39,719 bases of DNA from Pseudomonadota bacterium (GTDB lineage: Bacteria; UBA10199; 2-02-FULL-44-16; JAAZCA01): positions 1-39,719 of the forward strand of contig JBDRBN010000024.1 of NCBI GenBank assembly GCA_043822785.1, read 5' to 3'. Under the pieces are notes generated by a model. It was not told the DNA's origin. It made no database searches and worked only from the letters and a program-made list of their open reading frames with translations. Shown here piece after piece: positions 6,716-16,051 of the stretch. Position 1 is the first letter of the stretch; the number at the start of each line of letters is the position of its first letter. The translations under genes and the position numbers were made by a program.

Positions 6716-8257
6716 TTAAATTTTTGTGCGGCGCCAAAGTTTGAGAAAGGAAGGAAGGGCCTTGAGCTGAGATATGAGCCCTCCGGTCATTTGGCGGGCA
6801 AGCTGTGAGAAGCGTTCAAAGAGTTCAAGATCATATCCATACCACCACATGTTCTTATGTCTCAATCTATTGGTGTGAATGTGCAACGACTGCACAAACT
6901 CCATGAGCCCCATTCGTCCGTGGCTTCGGCCAAAGCCCGACTGCTTGCAGCCACCCCAGGGTGTGCCTGGAAGCGCGTGCGTGAACACGCAGTCATTTAT
7001 CATGACCGTACCTGTCTCTATTGCACCAGCCATCTCTTCGGCCCTCTTTATGTCGCGTGTCCATATCGATGCTGTAAGACCATAGGCACTGTCATTTGCA
7101 AGTTGAACGGCCTGCATATCATCAGAGAAAGGCATCACAGGAAGCAGCGGCCCAAATGTTTCGTCGCGTACGCAGGAGAAGGCATGATCTATTTTTGTGA
7201 TTATGGTCGGCGGATAGAAATAGCCAACACGATCTTTAAGGCGTTTTCCTCCACAATGTATTGTAGCTCCTCTGGCCTTTGCATCTAGGACCTGTGCTTC
7301 AACGTGTTCGAGCTGTGCGCTGGTCGTTAACGGCCCCACATCCACATCAGGGTCAAGTCCTCCGCCTATCTTTAGGGCAAGCGCCTTTCTGGTTGCTATC
7401 TCGACAAACTCATCAAAGATCGATTCGTGTACATAGGCGCGCTCCACCGATGCACAGCATTGCCCGCAGTTTGTGAATGCGCCCCAGACTGCACCGCTGG
7501 TCGCGTGTTCGATGTCTGCATCCTCCCGAACTATCATCGGGTCCTTGCCCCCGAGCTCGAGCACAAGCGGGGTGAGCGTTTCTGAACACGTGCGCATCAC
7601 TTCTTTTCCAACGGTCACACTGCCGGTGAAGGCGATCTTATCCACTAAAGCTTCAATAAGCGATTTGCCGGTAGCGGAATCGCCAGGAACGTGGGTGAAG
7701 ATGTTGGGAGGAAGTCCAGCATAAGCAAACATCTCCTCAATGAGTTTTCCTACAAGAGCTGTAGCTGAAGATGGCTTAAGAAGTACGGCATTGCCAGCAA
7801 CGAGTGCTGCGGCCACCTCGCCAACGGCGATGGAGAAAGGAAAATTCCACGGGCTTATTACACCCACGACTCCATATGGTTTGTAATAAACGCGCGAGCG
7901 CCGCCTGATCAGGCGCATTATTCCGATGGGCAACGAGCTCTTGCGCAGGGCAAAGGGAGCGTTGTGTGCAAAGTGATATAGAAGATCTGCAATAGGGTAT
8001 ATCTCAGCGGTGAGAGATTCGGCCAAAGGTTTGCCGTTATCCAACGTGATGGTACGTGCGATCGTGTCGATGTTGTCCAGCACGTATTCTCTTGCTCGCA
8101 GAAGGTGTTTTGCGCGCTCAGATACCAGCATGCGACCCCAGGACACTGAAGCGGAGCGGGCAGCTGCAACATATTCGGCTACCTTTGCGCCAGGAGTGAT
8201 CTCGGTCTTACCGATCACCTCTAATGTCGCTGGATTTATTGATATGATCTCACTCAT
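6716..8257 (-). CDS. Aldehyde dehydrogenase family protein (succinate-semialdehyde dehydrogenase-like)
   Basis: SPWNFP, FTGS, LELGGKDP, GQCC, ETFGP motifs. Confidence 0.95.
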   Translation of the reverse strand: MSEIISINPATLEVIGKTEITPGAKVAEYVAAARSASVSWGRMLVSERAKHLLRAREYVLDNIDTIARTITLDNGKPLAESLTAEIYPIADLLYHFAHNAPFALRKSSLPIGIMRLIRRRSRVYYKPYGVVGVISPWNFPFSIAVGEVAAALVAGNAVLLKPSSATALVGKLIEEMFAYAGLPPNIFTHVPGDSATGKSLIEALVDKIAFTGSVTVGKEVMRTCSETLTPLVLELGGKDPMIVREDADIEHATSGAVWGAFTNCGQCCASVERAYVHESIFDEFVEIATRKALALKIGGGLDPDVDVGPLTTSAQLEHVEAQVLDAKARGATIHCGGKRLKDRVGYFYPPTIITKIDHAFSCVRDETFGPLLPVMPFSDDMQAVQLANDSAYGLTASIWTRDIKRAEEMAGAIETGTVMINDCVFTHALPGTPWGGCKQSGFGRSHGRMGLMEFVQSLHIHTNRLRHKNMWWYGYDLELFERFSQLARQMTGGLISQLKALPSFLKLWRRTKI

Positions 8258-8301
8258 AAAGAGGGATCAGAGAGCCATTCCCTGATCCCTATCCCCTGTA
8301 G

Positions 8302-8646
8302 TTATCCCATTCCCTGCAATTGTCGTCCTCCGATTACATGAGCGTGTAAATGGAAGATCTCTTGGCCTGCTGCCCTGTTGCAGTTGATGATGATGCGATA
8401 GCCGTCTTTGGCTATTCCGCTCTTTTTTGCCACCTCCTGAGCAGCATTGATCAGACCGTTTGCAAGATGGGCTTTTTCTTTGCCCAGGTCGTTTAGCGTG
8501 GGAATATGTTCGCGTGGTATTATCAGCACGTGGGTGGGAGCTATAGGATTTATATCACGGAACGCTACGAAGTCTTCTGTCTCCATAACCTTTTCTGCAG
8601 GTATCTCGCCCTTGGCTATTCTGCAGAAGATGCACTCTTTGGACAT
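8302..8646 (-). CDS. hinT: HIT family purine nucleoside phosphoramidase
   Basis: CIFCRI, DINPIAPTH and histidine triad HLHAH. Confidence 0.92.
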   Translation of the reverse strand: MSKECIFCRIAKGEIPAEKVMETEDFVAFRDINPIAPTHVLIIPREHIPTLNDLGKEKAHLANGLINAAQEVAKKSGIAKDGYRIIINCNRAAGQEIFHLHAHVIGGRQLQGMG

Positions 8647-8656
8647 GTGGATCCTC

Positions 8657-9415
8657 CTATAGGTCTGGAAGCGTTGCCTCGTTGCCGCTGGCTATTATGA
8701 GGTCGTTTACCATCGCGACGGCGCTTCTGAGATTGATTCTGTCTTCGTAAAGGGATTTGGCTAGGAGAAGGCCTTCAAGCCGTGGCGCTCCAAGCGTAAA
8801 GAGTTTTTCTATATCTTCAAGATTTGATAGTTCGGATGTGCAGATGATTCTTGCTACCACCTTTTTACAGAACTCAAGCACATTGCGGAAGTTTTCATTG
8901 CCTATGGTACCATCTGCTTTAACGTCGGAGTAGAGTATATAGCGCACTCCCTGGTTTAAGAATTGTTCTGCATAGTCATATGCAGATTTGTTGGTGGCAA
9001 CAGCGTAACCGGGTATGGTTACTTTGCCGCCCTTAACATCTATATGAGTGGCGATCTTGCCAGGAAATTGCTTGCACAAATCCTCAAGAAATTGTGGCTG
9101 CTGATATGCGATGGGCCCAAGAGCTACGAATTCCAGCCCTGCTTCAAGATAGTCGCCTACGGTCGACGTTGTTCTAAAGGCGCCATCCACAGATATGATG
9201 AGATCACTCTGCTTACGTATCTGCTTGATCACTGGGATGGTGGGGCTTGTTCCCACGTGTGGCACGCTAAGATCGCTTATATGCAAGTGTTCTGCGCCTG
9301 CGTCGCGTATGGCTTTGGCTGTCTCGAGAGGGTCTTGTTTGAAGATAGGGGATATGGTGCCGCTAAGCAGGGCAACTTTGCCTTTTTTGAGATAACACTG
9401 AGGAATGAGTATCAT
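8657..9415 (-). CDS. HisA/HisF-family TIM barrel with degenerate active-site motifs
   Basis: HisA-like framework (MILIP, GAEHLHISDL, HIDVKGG, DGTIG, KSLYE) with altered catalytic and phosphate-binding residues. Confidence 0.85.
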   Translation of the reverse strand: MILIPQCYLKKGKVALLSGTISPIFKQDPLETAKAIRDAGAEHLHISDLSVPHVGTSPTIPVIKQIRKQSDLIISVDGAFRTTSTVGDYLEAGLEFVALGPIAYQQPQFLEDLCKQFPGKIATHIDVKGGKVTIPGYAVATNKSAYDYAEQFLNQGVRYILYSDVKADGTIGNENFRNVLEFCKKVVARIICTSELSNLEDIEKLFTLGAPRLEGLLLAKSLYEDRINLRSAVAMVNDLIIASGNEATLPDL

Positions 9416-9475
9416 CGAACTCCCCCCTTCCAGAATTAAAGCATCCTAGCATATGGCAATAGGAATGTGAATTCC

Positions 9476-9562
9476 CAATATCAAATATCCAATTTCTAAT
9501 TTCGTCTTTAGCGGTTTTTCTGGAAAAGGCGATATTGGATATTAGAAATTGGAAATTAGATT
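9476..9562. repeat. Inverted heptamer repeat tract
   Basis: caatatc-aaatatc-caatttc-taatttc ... gatattg-gatatta-gaaattg-gaaatta. Confidence 0.65.
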
Positions 9563-10822
9563 TTAGCTAACTGTATCCGGCTGTTTTTCGATGCGCGCAC
9601 CACAAGCTGCCAACTTTTCCTCGATCTTCTCATAGCCCCTGTCGAGATGGTATATGCGTTTTATCTCGGTGCGTCCCTTGGCTGCAAGGCCAGCCAGCAC
9701 TAGCGACGCAGAGGCCCGCAGGTCTGTAGCCATTACCGGAGCACCCTTGAGTTCGCTAGTACCTTTGATGACAGCTGTGCTCCCCTCGATTGTAATATCT
9801 GCACCCATGCGCTTAAGTTCGGGCACGTGCATGAATCGGTTTTCAAAGATGGTCTCGGAGATTGTGCTGTGACCTTTGGCTACTGACATGAGTGCCATGA
9901 ATTGTGCTTGCAGATCTGTGGCAAAACCTGGGTGGGGCGCTGTAGTGATGCTAACGCTTTGCAGATCTCCAAAGCCTTTTGCGTGCGCTGTGTCGCCGCT
10001 TATTTTGATATGCATTCCCGCTTCTGTAAGCCTGGCCACGAGTGTTTCTAACATAGAGGAGGGAAAGTTGTTGATGAGCAAATCACCGCCGGTTATGCCT
10101 GCAGCCATGAGCATGGTTCCTGCTTCAATGCGGTCAGCTATTATAGTATGTGATGCGGGCTTTAAATTCTCTACACCATGAATGATGATTCGATCAGTGC
10201 CAGCGCCTTTGATATGCGCGCCCATCTCATTTAAGCGCTTGGCCAAATCCACCACTTCTGGTTCGCGAGCAGCGTTGCACAGCGTGGTAGTGCCATCAGC
10301 CAGCACTGCAGCCATCATTATATTTTCTGTGCCAGTTACTGTAACGCGGTTAAAGGAGATGTCAGCGCCATGTAGGTTGCGTGCAAAGATCTCAACATAC
10401 CCATCTTTGAGCTCTATCTTGGCACCCATGGCTTCAAGCGCGCTTAGGTGCATATCAATAGGCCTTGTGCCGATTGCGCATCCGCCCGGAAGCGAGACGC
10501 GTGCGCGCCTGAGCTGTCCTACTAGCGGTCCTAGCACCAGCACTGATGCGCGCATGGTCTTGACCAGGTCATATGGTGCTTCAAGGGCGCTGTAGCGGTT
10601 AGTCCTAATGGTGAGATCGCCGTTCCACTCCCATTCTGCTCCGATATGTTCAAGGAGCTTGAGCATAGTCCTTATATCGCGAAGGTGGGGTACGTTTTTT
10701 ATGGTGTGTTCTCCGGTCGCAAGCAGGGTGGATGCCATGATGGGCAAAGCAGCGTTTTTCGCTCCGCTTATGCTCACCGTACCCTTTAAAGGAATTCCTC
10801 CATGTATAATCATCTTTTCCAT
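9563..10822 (-). CDS. murA: UDP-N-acetylglucosamine 1-carboxyvinyltransferase
   Basis: [30 protein letters not shown]. Confidence 0.98.
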   Translation of the reverse strand: MEKMIIHGGIPLKGTVSISGAKNAALPIMASTLLATGEHTIKNVPHLRDIRTMLKLLEHIGAEWEWNGDLTIRTNRYSALEAPYDLVKTMRASVLVLGPLVGQLRRARVSLPGGCAIGTRPIDMHLSALEAMGAKIELKDGYVEIFARNLHGADISFNRVTVTGTENIMMAAVLADGTTTLCNAAREPEVVDLAKRLNEMGAHIKGAGTDRIIIHGVENLKPASHTIIADRIEAGTMLMAAGITGGDLLINNFPSSMLETLVARLTEAGMHIKISGDTAHAKGFGDLQSVSITTAPHPGFATDLQAQFMALMSVAKGHSTISETIFENRFMHVPELKRMGADITIEGSTAVIKGTSELKGAPVMATDLRASASLVLAGLAAKGRTEIKRIYHLDRGYEKIEEKLAACGARIEKQPDTVS

Positions 10823-10891
10823 GGTAAATACCGTATCTCGTATTTCGTATCTCGTGATCAGTAACCAGTGATCAGGATCTTGTACTGGTTT

Positions 10892-11761
10892 TCAACGTTG
10901 CTTGCTTCTCATTAGTACAACTCTCTCAATACCGCCCAAATCCTTTGCTGTCCTCATTGAGTCATATGCTTTTGTGGAAAGGGCAGTTTTTATACATGAA
11001 ACAGCTTGCCCTTTACCAACTTCCATAACAAGCCAACCGCCTGGCACAAGAAAGCTGGGGGCATCCTTGATTATGCGGGTGATAAAATCAAGCCCGGTTT
11101 TACCGCCAAATAGGGCGTGTAGAGGCTCAAAATCAACTATGTCGCGCGAAAGTTTATGACGATCGCTTTTTGGTATATAAGGAGGATTTGCAACGATCAT
11201 ATCAAAGCGTGGGAGGGTATTATTTTTTTGAACCAGCGCTTCGAATAGATCGCCCTGACGAAGCCTAATTCGATTACCTGCAAATGCTAGGTTTAAACGT
11301 GCAACATCAAGCGCTTTTGGAGAGATATCGGTTGCAATGATAGAGGCGTTTGGAAACTCCTTAGCTAGCGCTGCTGCAATGCAGCCGCTGCCAGTGCATA
11401 GGTCTAGAATTGCCGGCTTTTTATTGCGGGATCCCAAAATTCTCAGGGCTTGCTCAACAACTGTCTCAGTATCTGGGCGAGGTACCATAATATCCGGTGT
11501 AACCTTGATAGGAATTGACCAGAATTCCTTATGGCCTGTGATGTATGCGACAGGGCATCCTAGTGCTCGCCTGATTATGGCATGTCTAAAGCGATTCAGA
11601 ATTTCTTCAGGGACGCTTCTATTGTGATGTGTGACATAGAGGTTCTGGCGCGATGTGCTCAATGTGCTGGCTAGAATTACTTCAGCGTCAAGCCTTGGCG
11701 TTTGGATGCCGGCTTTAGTGAGCATATTTTCAGCGCTGTTTAGCGCGCTTAAGATGTTCAT
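10892..11761 (-). CDS. prmC: Release factor glutamine methyltransferase
   Basis: LDLCTGSG and NPPY motifs; follows prfA. Start set at MNILSAL because the longer start lies inside the MITE. Confidence 0.95.
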   Translation of the reverse strand: MNILSALNSAENMLTKAGIQTPRLDAEVILASTLSTSRQNLYVTHHNRSVPEEILNRFRHAIIRRALGCPVAYITGHKEFWSIPIKVTPDIMVPRPDTETVVEQALRILGSRNKKPAILDLCTGSGCIAAALAKEFPNASIIATDISPKALDVARLNLAFAGNRIRLRQGDLFEALVQKNNTLPRFDMIVANPPYIPKSDRHKLSRDIVDFEPLHALFGGKTGLDFITRIIKDAPSFLVPGGWLVMEVGKGQAVSCIKTALSTKAYDSMRTAKDLGGIERVVLMRSKQR

Positions 11762-11780
11762 AATGAAAATTCGAATTTCG

Positions 11781-11968
11781 CACTGTTGTTGCGTTAGAGG
11801 TGTTAACTGGTTGAAATATAAGAATTCATTTTTCTCATGTCTAGGTGTCATTGCGAGGAGCGTTTAGCGACGAAGCAAACTCCCGCAAACACAGGTTATA
11901 AGGGGATTGCTTCGCTTTGCTCGCAATGACATCCATGAAAAACATGCAGTTCTAACGCAACAACAGTG
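11781..11968. mobile_element. MITE, 188 bp, with 18-bp TIRs, an 8-bp TSD and an internal palindrome
   Basis: cactgttgttgcgttaga / tctaacgcaacaacagtg TIRs; gaatttcg duplicated at 11773-11780 and 11969-11976; internal gtcattgcgag...ctcgcaatgac. Confidence 0.85.
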
Positions 11969-12016
11969 GAATTTCGATATTCGTATTTCGTATCTTGCAT
12001 TGCTGGCATTCATTCC

Positions 12017-13087
12017 CTAGTCCTTACTGCTTTTAAGCGATTCGGCCTGGAAATGTAGCCTAACCGCTTCAATTACGTCGTTTAGGTTTCCTTCTAATAT
12101 GTTCGTTAGGTTGTGAAGGCTAAGCCCGATGCGGTGGTCGGTGAGCCTGTTTTGAGGGAAGTTGTATGTTCTGATCTTTTCTGAGCGATCGCCTGTTCCT
12201 ACCATGGCGCGTCTGGTTTGCGTGCGCTCAGCTGCTTGCTTTTGTTGCTTCATGTCTAAAAGGCGTGATTTTAATATCTTCATTGCTCGCGCCTTGTTCT
12301 TATGTTGGCTTCGTTCATCTTGACAGGCAACCACGAGGCCAGAAGGAATATGCGTAAGCCTTACTGCTGAGTCAGTTCTGTTTACGCCCTGGCCGCCCGG
12401 GCCAGAGGAACGATACACGTCCACTCGCAAGTCCTTCTCGTCGATCTGTACGTCAATGTCTTCTGCTTCAGGCAAGACAGCTACAGTGCATGCGGATGTG
12501 TGCACCCTTCCTGATGCTTCTGTGGTGGGCACGCGCTGCACCCTATGAACGCCACTTTCGTATTTGAGATGGCTATATACTTTGTCGCCAGCTATCAGCG
12601 CGATGAGCTCCTTAAAGCCGCCTAGGCCAGTGGCATTTTGCTCTAGTACTTCCACCTTCCAGCCCATTTGTTCTGCAAAGCGCTGGTACATGCGAAACAG
12701 GACAGCTGCAAAGAGCGCTGCTTCTTCGCCGCCTGTGCCAGCTCGTATTTCGAGTAGGATGTTTTTATCATCGTTTGGATCCTTTGGGAGCATGAGCAAG
12801 CGAAGTCTTTGCTCAAGATCAGCTAGCTCTTGCTCAAGGGATGGTATTTCAGCCTTGGCGAGTTCTCTTAGCTCTTTGTCTGCTTCAGTTTGCGCAATTT
12901 CCTCATTGCCCTTGAGATCATTTTCCACCTCCACGTAGCGGCGAAATGTGACAACGATTGCTTCAAGATCAGATCGCTCCTTTGCGATTGCCTGAAACTT
13001 CGATTGATCTGCAATTATCTTGGAATCACCGAGTTTCTCAGTGAGCTCATCAAATCTTTTTTCCACTTCTTTGAGTTTTTCGAACAT
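12017..13087 (-). CDS. prfA: Peptide chain release factor 1
   Basis: GGQ motif, PxT (PTT) anticodon motif, RSEKIRTYNFPQ. Confidence 0.98.
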   Translation of the reverse strand: MFEKLKEVEKRFDELTEKLGDSKIIADQSKFQAIAKERSDLEAIVVTFRRYVEVENDLKGNEEIAQTEADKELRELAKAEIPSLEQELADLEQRLRLLMLPKDPNDDKNILLEIRAGTGGEEAALFAAVLFRMYQRFAEQMGWKVEVLEQNATGLGGFKELIALIAGDKVYSHLKYESGVHRVQRVPTTEASGRVHTSACTVAVLPEAEDIDVQIDEKDLRVDVYRSSGPGGQGVNRTDSAVRLTHIPSGLVVACQDERSQHKNKARAMKILKSRLLDMKQQKQAAERTQTRRAMVGTGDRSEKIRTYNFPQNRLTDHRIGLSLHNLTNILEGNLNDVIEAVRLHFQAESLKSSKD

Positions 13088-13182
13088 AATTTCTTTTCTC
13101 GTTTTTTACGTTGCTGGCCCTAATTATAACAATGCCCACGGACCTTTGCGGTCTATGGGCATGTAAATTAGTAAAATTTTTG

Positions 13183-13455
13183 CTACTGATTTTCGGTAGT
13201 AGTTTCAGCTGTGGATTTTGCCTTCTTGTCTTCCTTCTTTTTATTCTGGTCCTGATACTTTTTAAAGCGTTTTTGGAAGCGCTCGACTCGTCCTGTTGAG
13301 TCGACCAAACGCTGCTTACCTGTAAAAAAGGGATGACATTTCGAACATAGCTCCACTGTGAAATTTTTGCCAAGCGTTGAGGTTGTCTTGAACTGGCCTC
13401 CGCAGGTGCAGGTGATGGTCACCTCTTCGCTCTTTGGATGTATGTTTTCTTTCAT
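13183..13455 (-). CDS. rpmE: 50S ribosomal protein L31 (Zn-binding type)
   Basis: [22 protein letters not shown]. Confidence 0.97.
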   Translation of the reverse strand: MKENIHPKSEEVTITCTCGGQFKTTSTLGKNFTVELCSKCHPFFTGKQRLVDSTGRVERFQKRFKKYQDQNKKKEDKKAKSTAETTTENQ

Positions 13456-13585
13456 CTTATCGCTCCTTTATGGGCGTTGGGACCTAACATAGGCTTTTCT
13501 GGTTGGCAAGTGAATATCTGGACCTTTGTGGATAGTTATCAGTGATTAGTTATCAGTAATCAGTTGTTGACCACTGGTTACTGAA

Positions 13586-14062
13586 TTAGGCTTTTCTGGT
13601 GCGGGGGCGTGCGGTTTTGACAACTTCTTGCATAGTGGCTTGAGCAGGTGTTCTTGCTGGTGCTGTGCGCTGTTTTGCAGCCATGTTTCTGGCTATGCGG
13701 GGATTGGCAGGTGTTCTTTCTATAACCCTATCAAGAAAATTAAGAATGGCATTGTCAGAGGGAGGTTGTTTGTGTCCTCGTGCTGGGGCAGTACCCTTTT
13801 CTATGTGATCGTGCAGTGGGCGCTTGTAGGGAGCGCCACTTGAAAAACGCCTTGCAGCTTGGAAAGTTGCGTTAGCAGCAAATCCCGCCAAGCCTGTTTT
13901 ATTCTTAGTGTTGGCGTTGTTGGCGATTCCTGCAAACTTATCCAAAGGCTTGGATGCTTGCGGCCGTTGAGTAGTTGGAAAAGAGTCGTTATTGCGGCGT
14001 TCGCCATAGGTATTGCCAACGCGGCCTTGCTGTTGTTGCAGTTGTTTACGAACCAGAGCCAT
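13586..14062 (-). CDS. Hypothetical basic, probably disordered protein (158 aa)
   Basis: Start MALVRK at 14062 with an AGGAAGAGG RBS and an upstream sigma54 motif. Confidence 0.65.
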   Translation of the reverse strand: MALVRKQLQQQQGRVGNTYGERRNNDSFPTTQRPQASKPLDKFAGIANNANTKNKTGLAGFAANATFQAARRFSSGAPYKRPLHDHIEKGTAPARGHKQPPSDNAILNFLDRVIERTPANPRIARNMAAKQRTAPARTPAQATMQEVVKTARPRTRKA

Positions 14063-14111
14063 GAATGATGCCTCTTCCTTTGTGTTTGTCCCCCTGCTGC
14101 CTAGATATAGA

Positions 14112-14128
14112 TGCAAGATATCTGCCAA
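14112..14128 (-). promoter_or_regulatory. sigma54 (-24/-12) promoter
   Basis: Minus strand TTGGCAGATATCTTGCA (GG-N10-GC). Confidence 0.6.
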
Positions 14129-14311
14129 GTGAGCCTCAGCGTAACACAAAATAAACGCTTGATAAATAAAGAGAAAAAATCAGACGGAGACAAGAATTCA
14201 ACAATTGGGACCCCAGCTAGAGGGTGGCGTGGGGTGTTAAGACCCCAAGGAGAAATTCCAAATTCCAAGCACCAAATTCCAAACAAATGCTGTAAGAAAG
14301 TATTACTGATA

Positions 14312-15661
14312 CTAAAGGAGTTTTAGGCACTCGCTTACAGAGGAAACGCCGAACACTTCCATCTTCTTGGGCAGCTTGCCCTTGAGGTTGGATTTGGGGA
14401 TGAGTGCACGACGAAATCCCATTTTTTCTGCTTCTCTTAGACGAGTGTCAGCGCCGAGCACCGCCCTTGTTTCGCCGGCAAGTCCTACTTCGCCGATCAC
14501 CACTGTTTCGTGATCCACCGGGCGGTTCAAGAAGCTGGAATGTACTGCCGCGATAACCGAAAGATCCGCGGCTGGTTCGGTAATGCGCATGCCACCGGTT
14601 ACGTTTAGGAATATGTCTTGGCCTTTGAGATCTATGCCTTCGATCTTCTCCAGCACAGCAACCAGGAGTGCCAAGCGGTTTGCATCTATGCCTATTGCAG
14701 TTCTGCGGGGCGAAGAAAAGCCAGAGGAGGATACGAGCGCTTGAATTTCGAGCAGCAAGGGCCTGGATCCTTCGAGCGAAGCTGATACCACAGAGCCGGG
14801 CGCGGACTTTGGTTTTTCAGACAAAAAGATGCCCGATGGATTGGGCACTTCCTTTAGCCCCTTGCCTGTCATCTCAAATACGCCTATTTCGTTTGTGGAT
14901 CCAAAGCGGTTTTTGATGGTTCTTAAAATGCGAAATGGATGGCCGCGCTCGCCTTCGAAGTAGAGCACCGTATCCACCATGTGCTCCAGCACTTTGGGTC
15001 CAGCTATTGCGCCATCTTTTGTAACATGCCCGACAAGAAATGCTGCAATGCCAGTCTGCTTTGCCTGCATAAGGATCTTGGCAGCAGATTCTCGCACTTG
15101 CCCAATGGTGCCAGGCGCAGAGCTTAGGTTAGATGTGTGCATGGTCTGGATAGAATCGATAGCGACTATTGCAGGTTTTAGCTCGCGCATTCTGTTTATT
15201 ATGCGCTCTACGTTGTTCTCAGTGAGAACGACAAGCCCCGCACCTTTTATCTCCATGCGATCTGCGCGCAGCTTAATCTGGGCGGCACTCTCTTCACCTG
15301 AGACATAGAGCACAACTTTTCCGCAATCAGCCACCTTTGCCAGCGCCTGCATTACTATTGTGGATTTTCCTATGCCTGGATCACCACCTATTAATGATAC
15401 GCCGCCTGGTATGTAGCCTGATCCCAAGGCGCGGTCGAGTTCAGCAATGCCTGTAGGGATGTGCTGTCCTTCTTGCGCCGTGATCTCGCCTAATTTTATG
15501 GGAAGGCTTTCAGTGCTGAGAGAAGTGCTGCTCTGAGGCAGGCTTTCTTCAATTTCCTCGGCATAAGTGTTCCAGTCGCCGCATTCAGGGCAGCGGCCAA
15601 TCCATCTTGGAGATTGAGCACCGCATTTTTGGCACGCAAATATGGTTCGTTGTTTGGCCAT
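14312..15661 (-). CDS. radA: DNA repair protein RadA/Sms
   Basis: CQKCG...CPECG Zn finger, GDPGIGKST, KNRFG. Confidence 0.98.
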   Translation of the reverse strand: MAKQRTIFACQKCGAQSPRWIGRCPECGDWNTYAEEIEESLPQSSTSLSTESLPIKLGEITAQEGQHIPTGIAELDRALGSGYIPGGVSLIGGDPGIGKSTIVMQALAKVADCGKVVLYVSGEESAAQIKLRADRMEIKGAGLVVLTENNVERIINRMRELKPAIVAIDSIQTMHTSNLSSAPGTIGQVRESAAKILMQAKQTGIAAFLVGHVTKDGAIAGPKVLEHMVDTVLYFEGERGHPFRILRTIKNRFGSTNEIGVFEMTGKGLKEVPNPSGIFLSEKPKSAPGSVVSASLEGSRPLLLEIQALVSSSGFSSPRRTAIGIDANRLALLVAVLEKIEGIDLKGQDIFLNVTGGMRITEPAADLSVIAAVHSSFLNRPVDHETVVIGEVGLAGETRAVLGADTRLREAEKMGFRRALIPKSNLKGKLPKKMEVFGVSSVSECLKLL

Positions 15662-15719
15662 GCCCTATGCCCTAGCAGTCATGCGTTCACATTTCAATAG
15701 AACTTCGTAAGCAAATAAG

Positions 15720-15814
15720 CAAAGCCAGCAACGCCAGCAAGGCAAGCAAAGCCAGCAAAGCCAGCAAAGCCAGCAAGGCAAGCAAAGCCAGCAAGGCAAG
15801 CAAGGCCAGCAACG
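15720..15814. repeat. 9-bp tandem repeat (gcaa[agc]gc[ca]a, about 10 copies)
   Basis: gcaaagcca/gcaaggcaa/gcaacgcca array upstream of radA. Confidence 0.85.
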
Positions 15815-16015
15815 TTTTTTGCCTTTCTCGAGTGTCTCGCTTTGCTGGCTTGTTTTCGTTATAGCAAGCGTGTAGGTCACCCCTAGGGGTGAAATGGCAT
15901 AACGCCATGATATTATTATTTTAATAGCGTTTTTGTTGTATTTCCACATGCATCTCATTTAGTGACAAATCCTCTCAAATGAACTTTTAAAAAACTCAAT
16001 CCCTCATGGTAGTTA

Positions 16016-16042
16016 GCAACTCTTTTGAAAAATGAGCGATAA
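16016..16042 (+). promoter_or_regulatory. GCAACT-N14-GCGATAA promoter-like motif, copy 4
   Basis: GCAACT cttttgaaaaatga GCGATAA directly upstream of the helicase ORF. Confidence 0.6.
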
Positions 16043-16051
16043 GGGAGAGGT

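Noticed and set aside
11762..11851. 30-aa N-terminal extension of PrmC
   Set aside because: Encoded largely by the MITE.
15687..15908. Leu/Ala-rich 73-aa ORF and overlapping Cys/Trp-rich 97-aa ORF, as a membrane peptide or RiPP
   Set aside because: Both are translations of the 9-bp tandem repeat; no convincing RBS.
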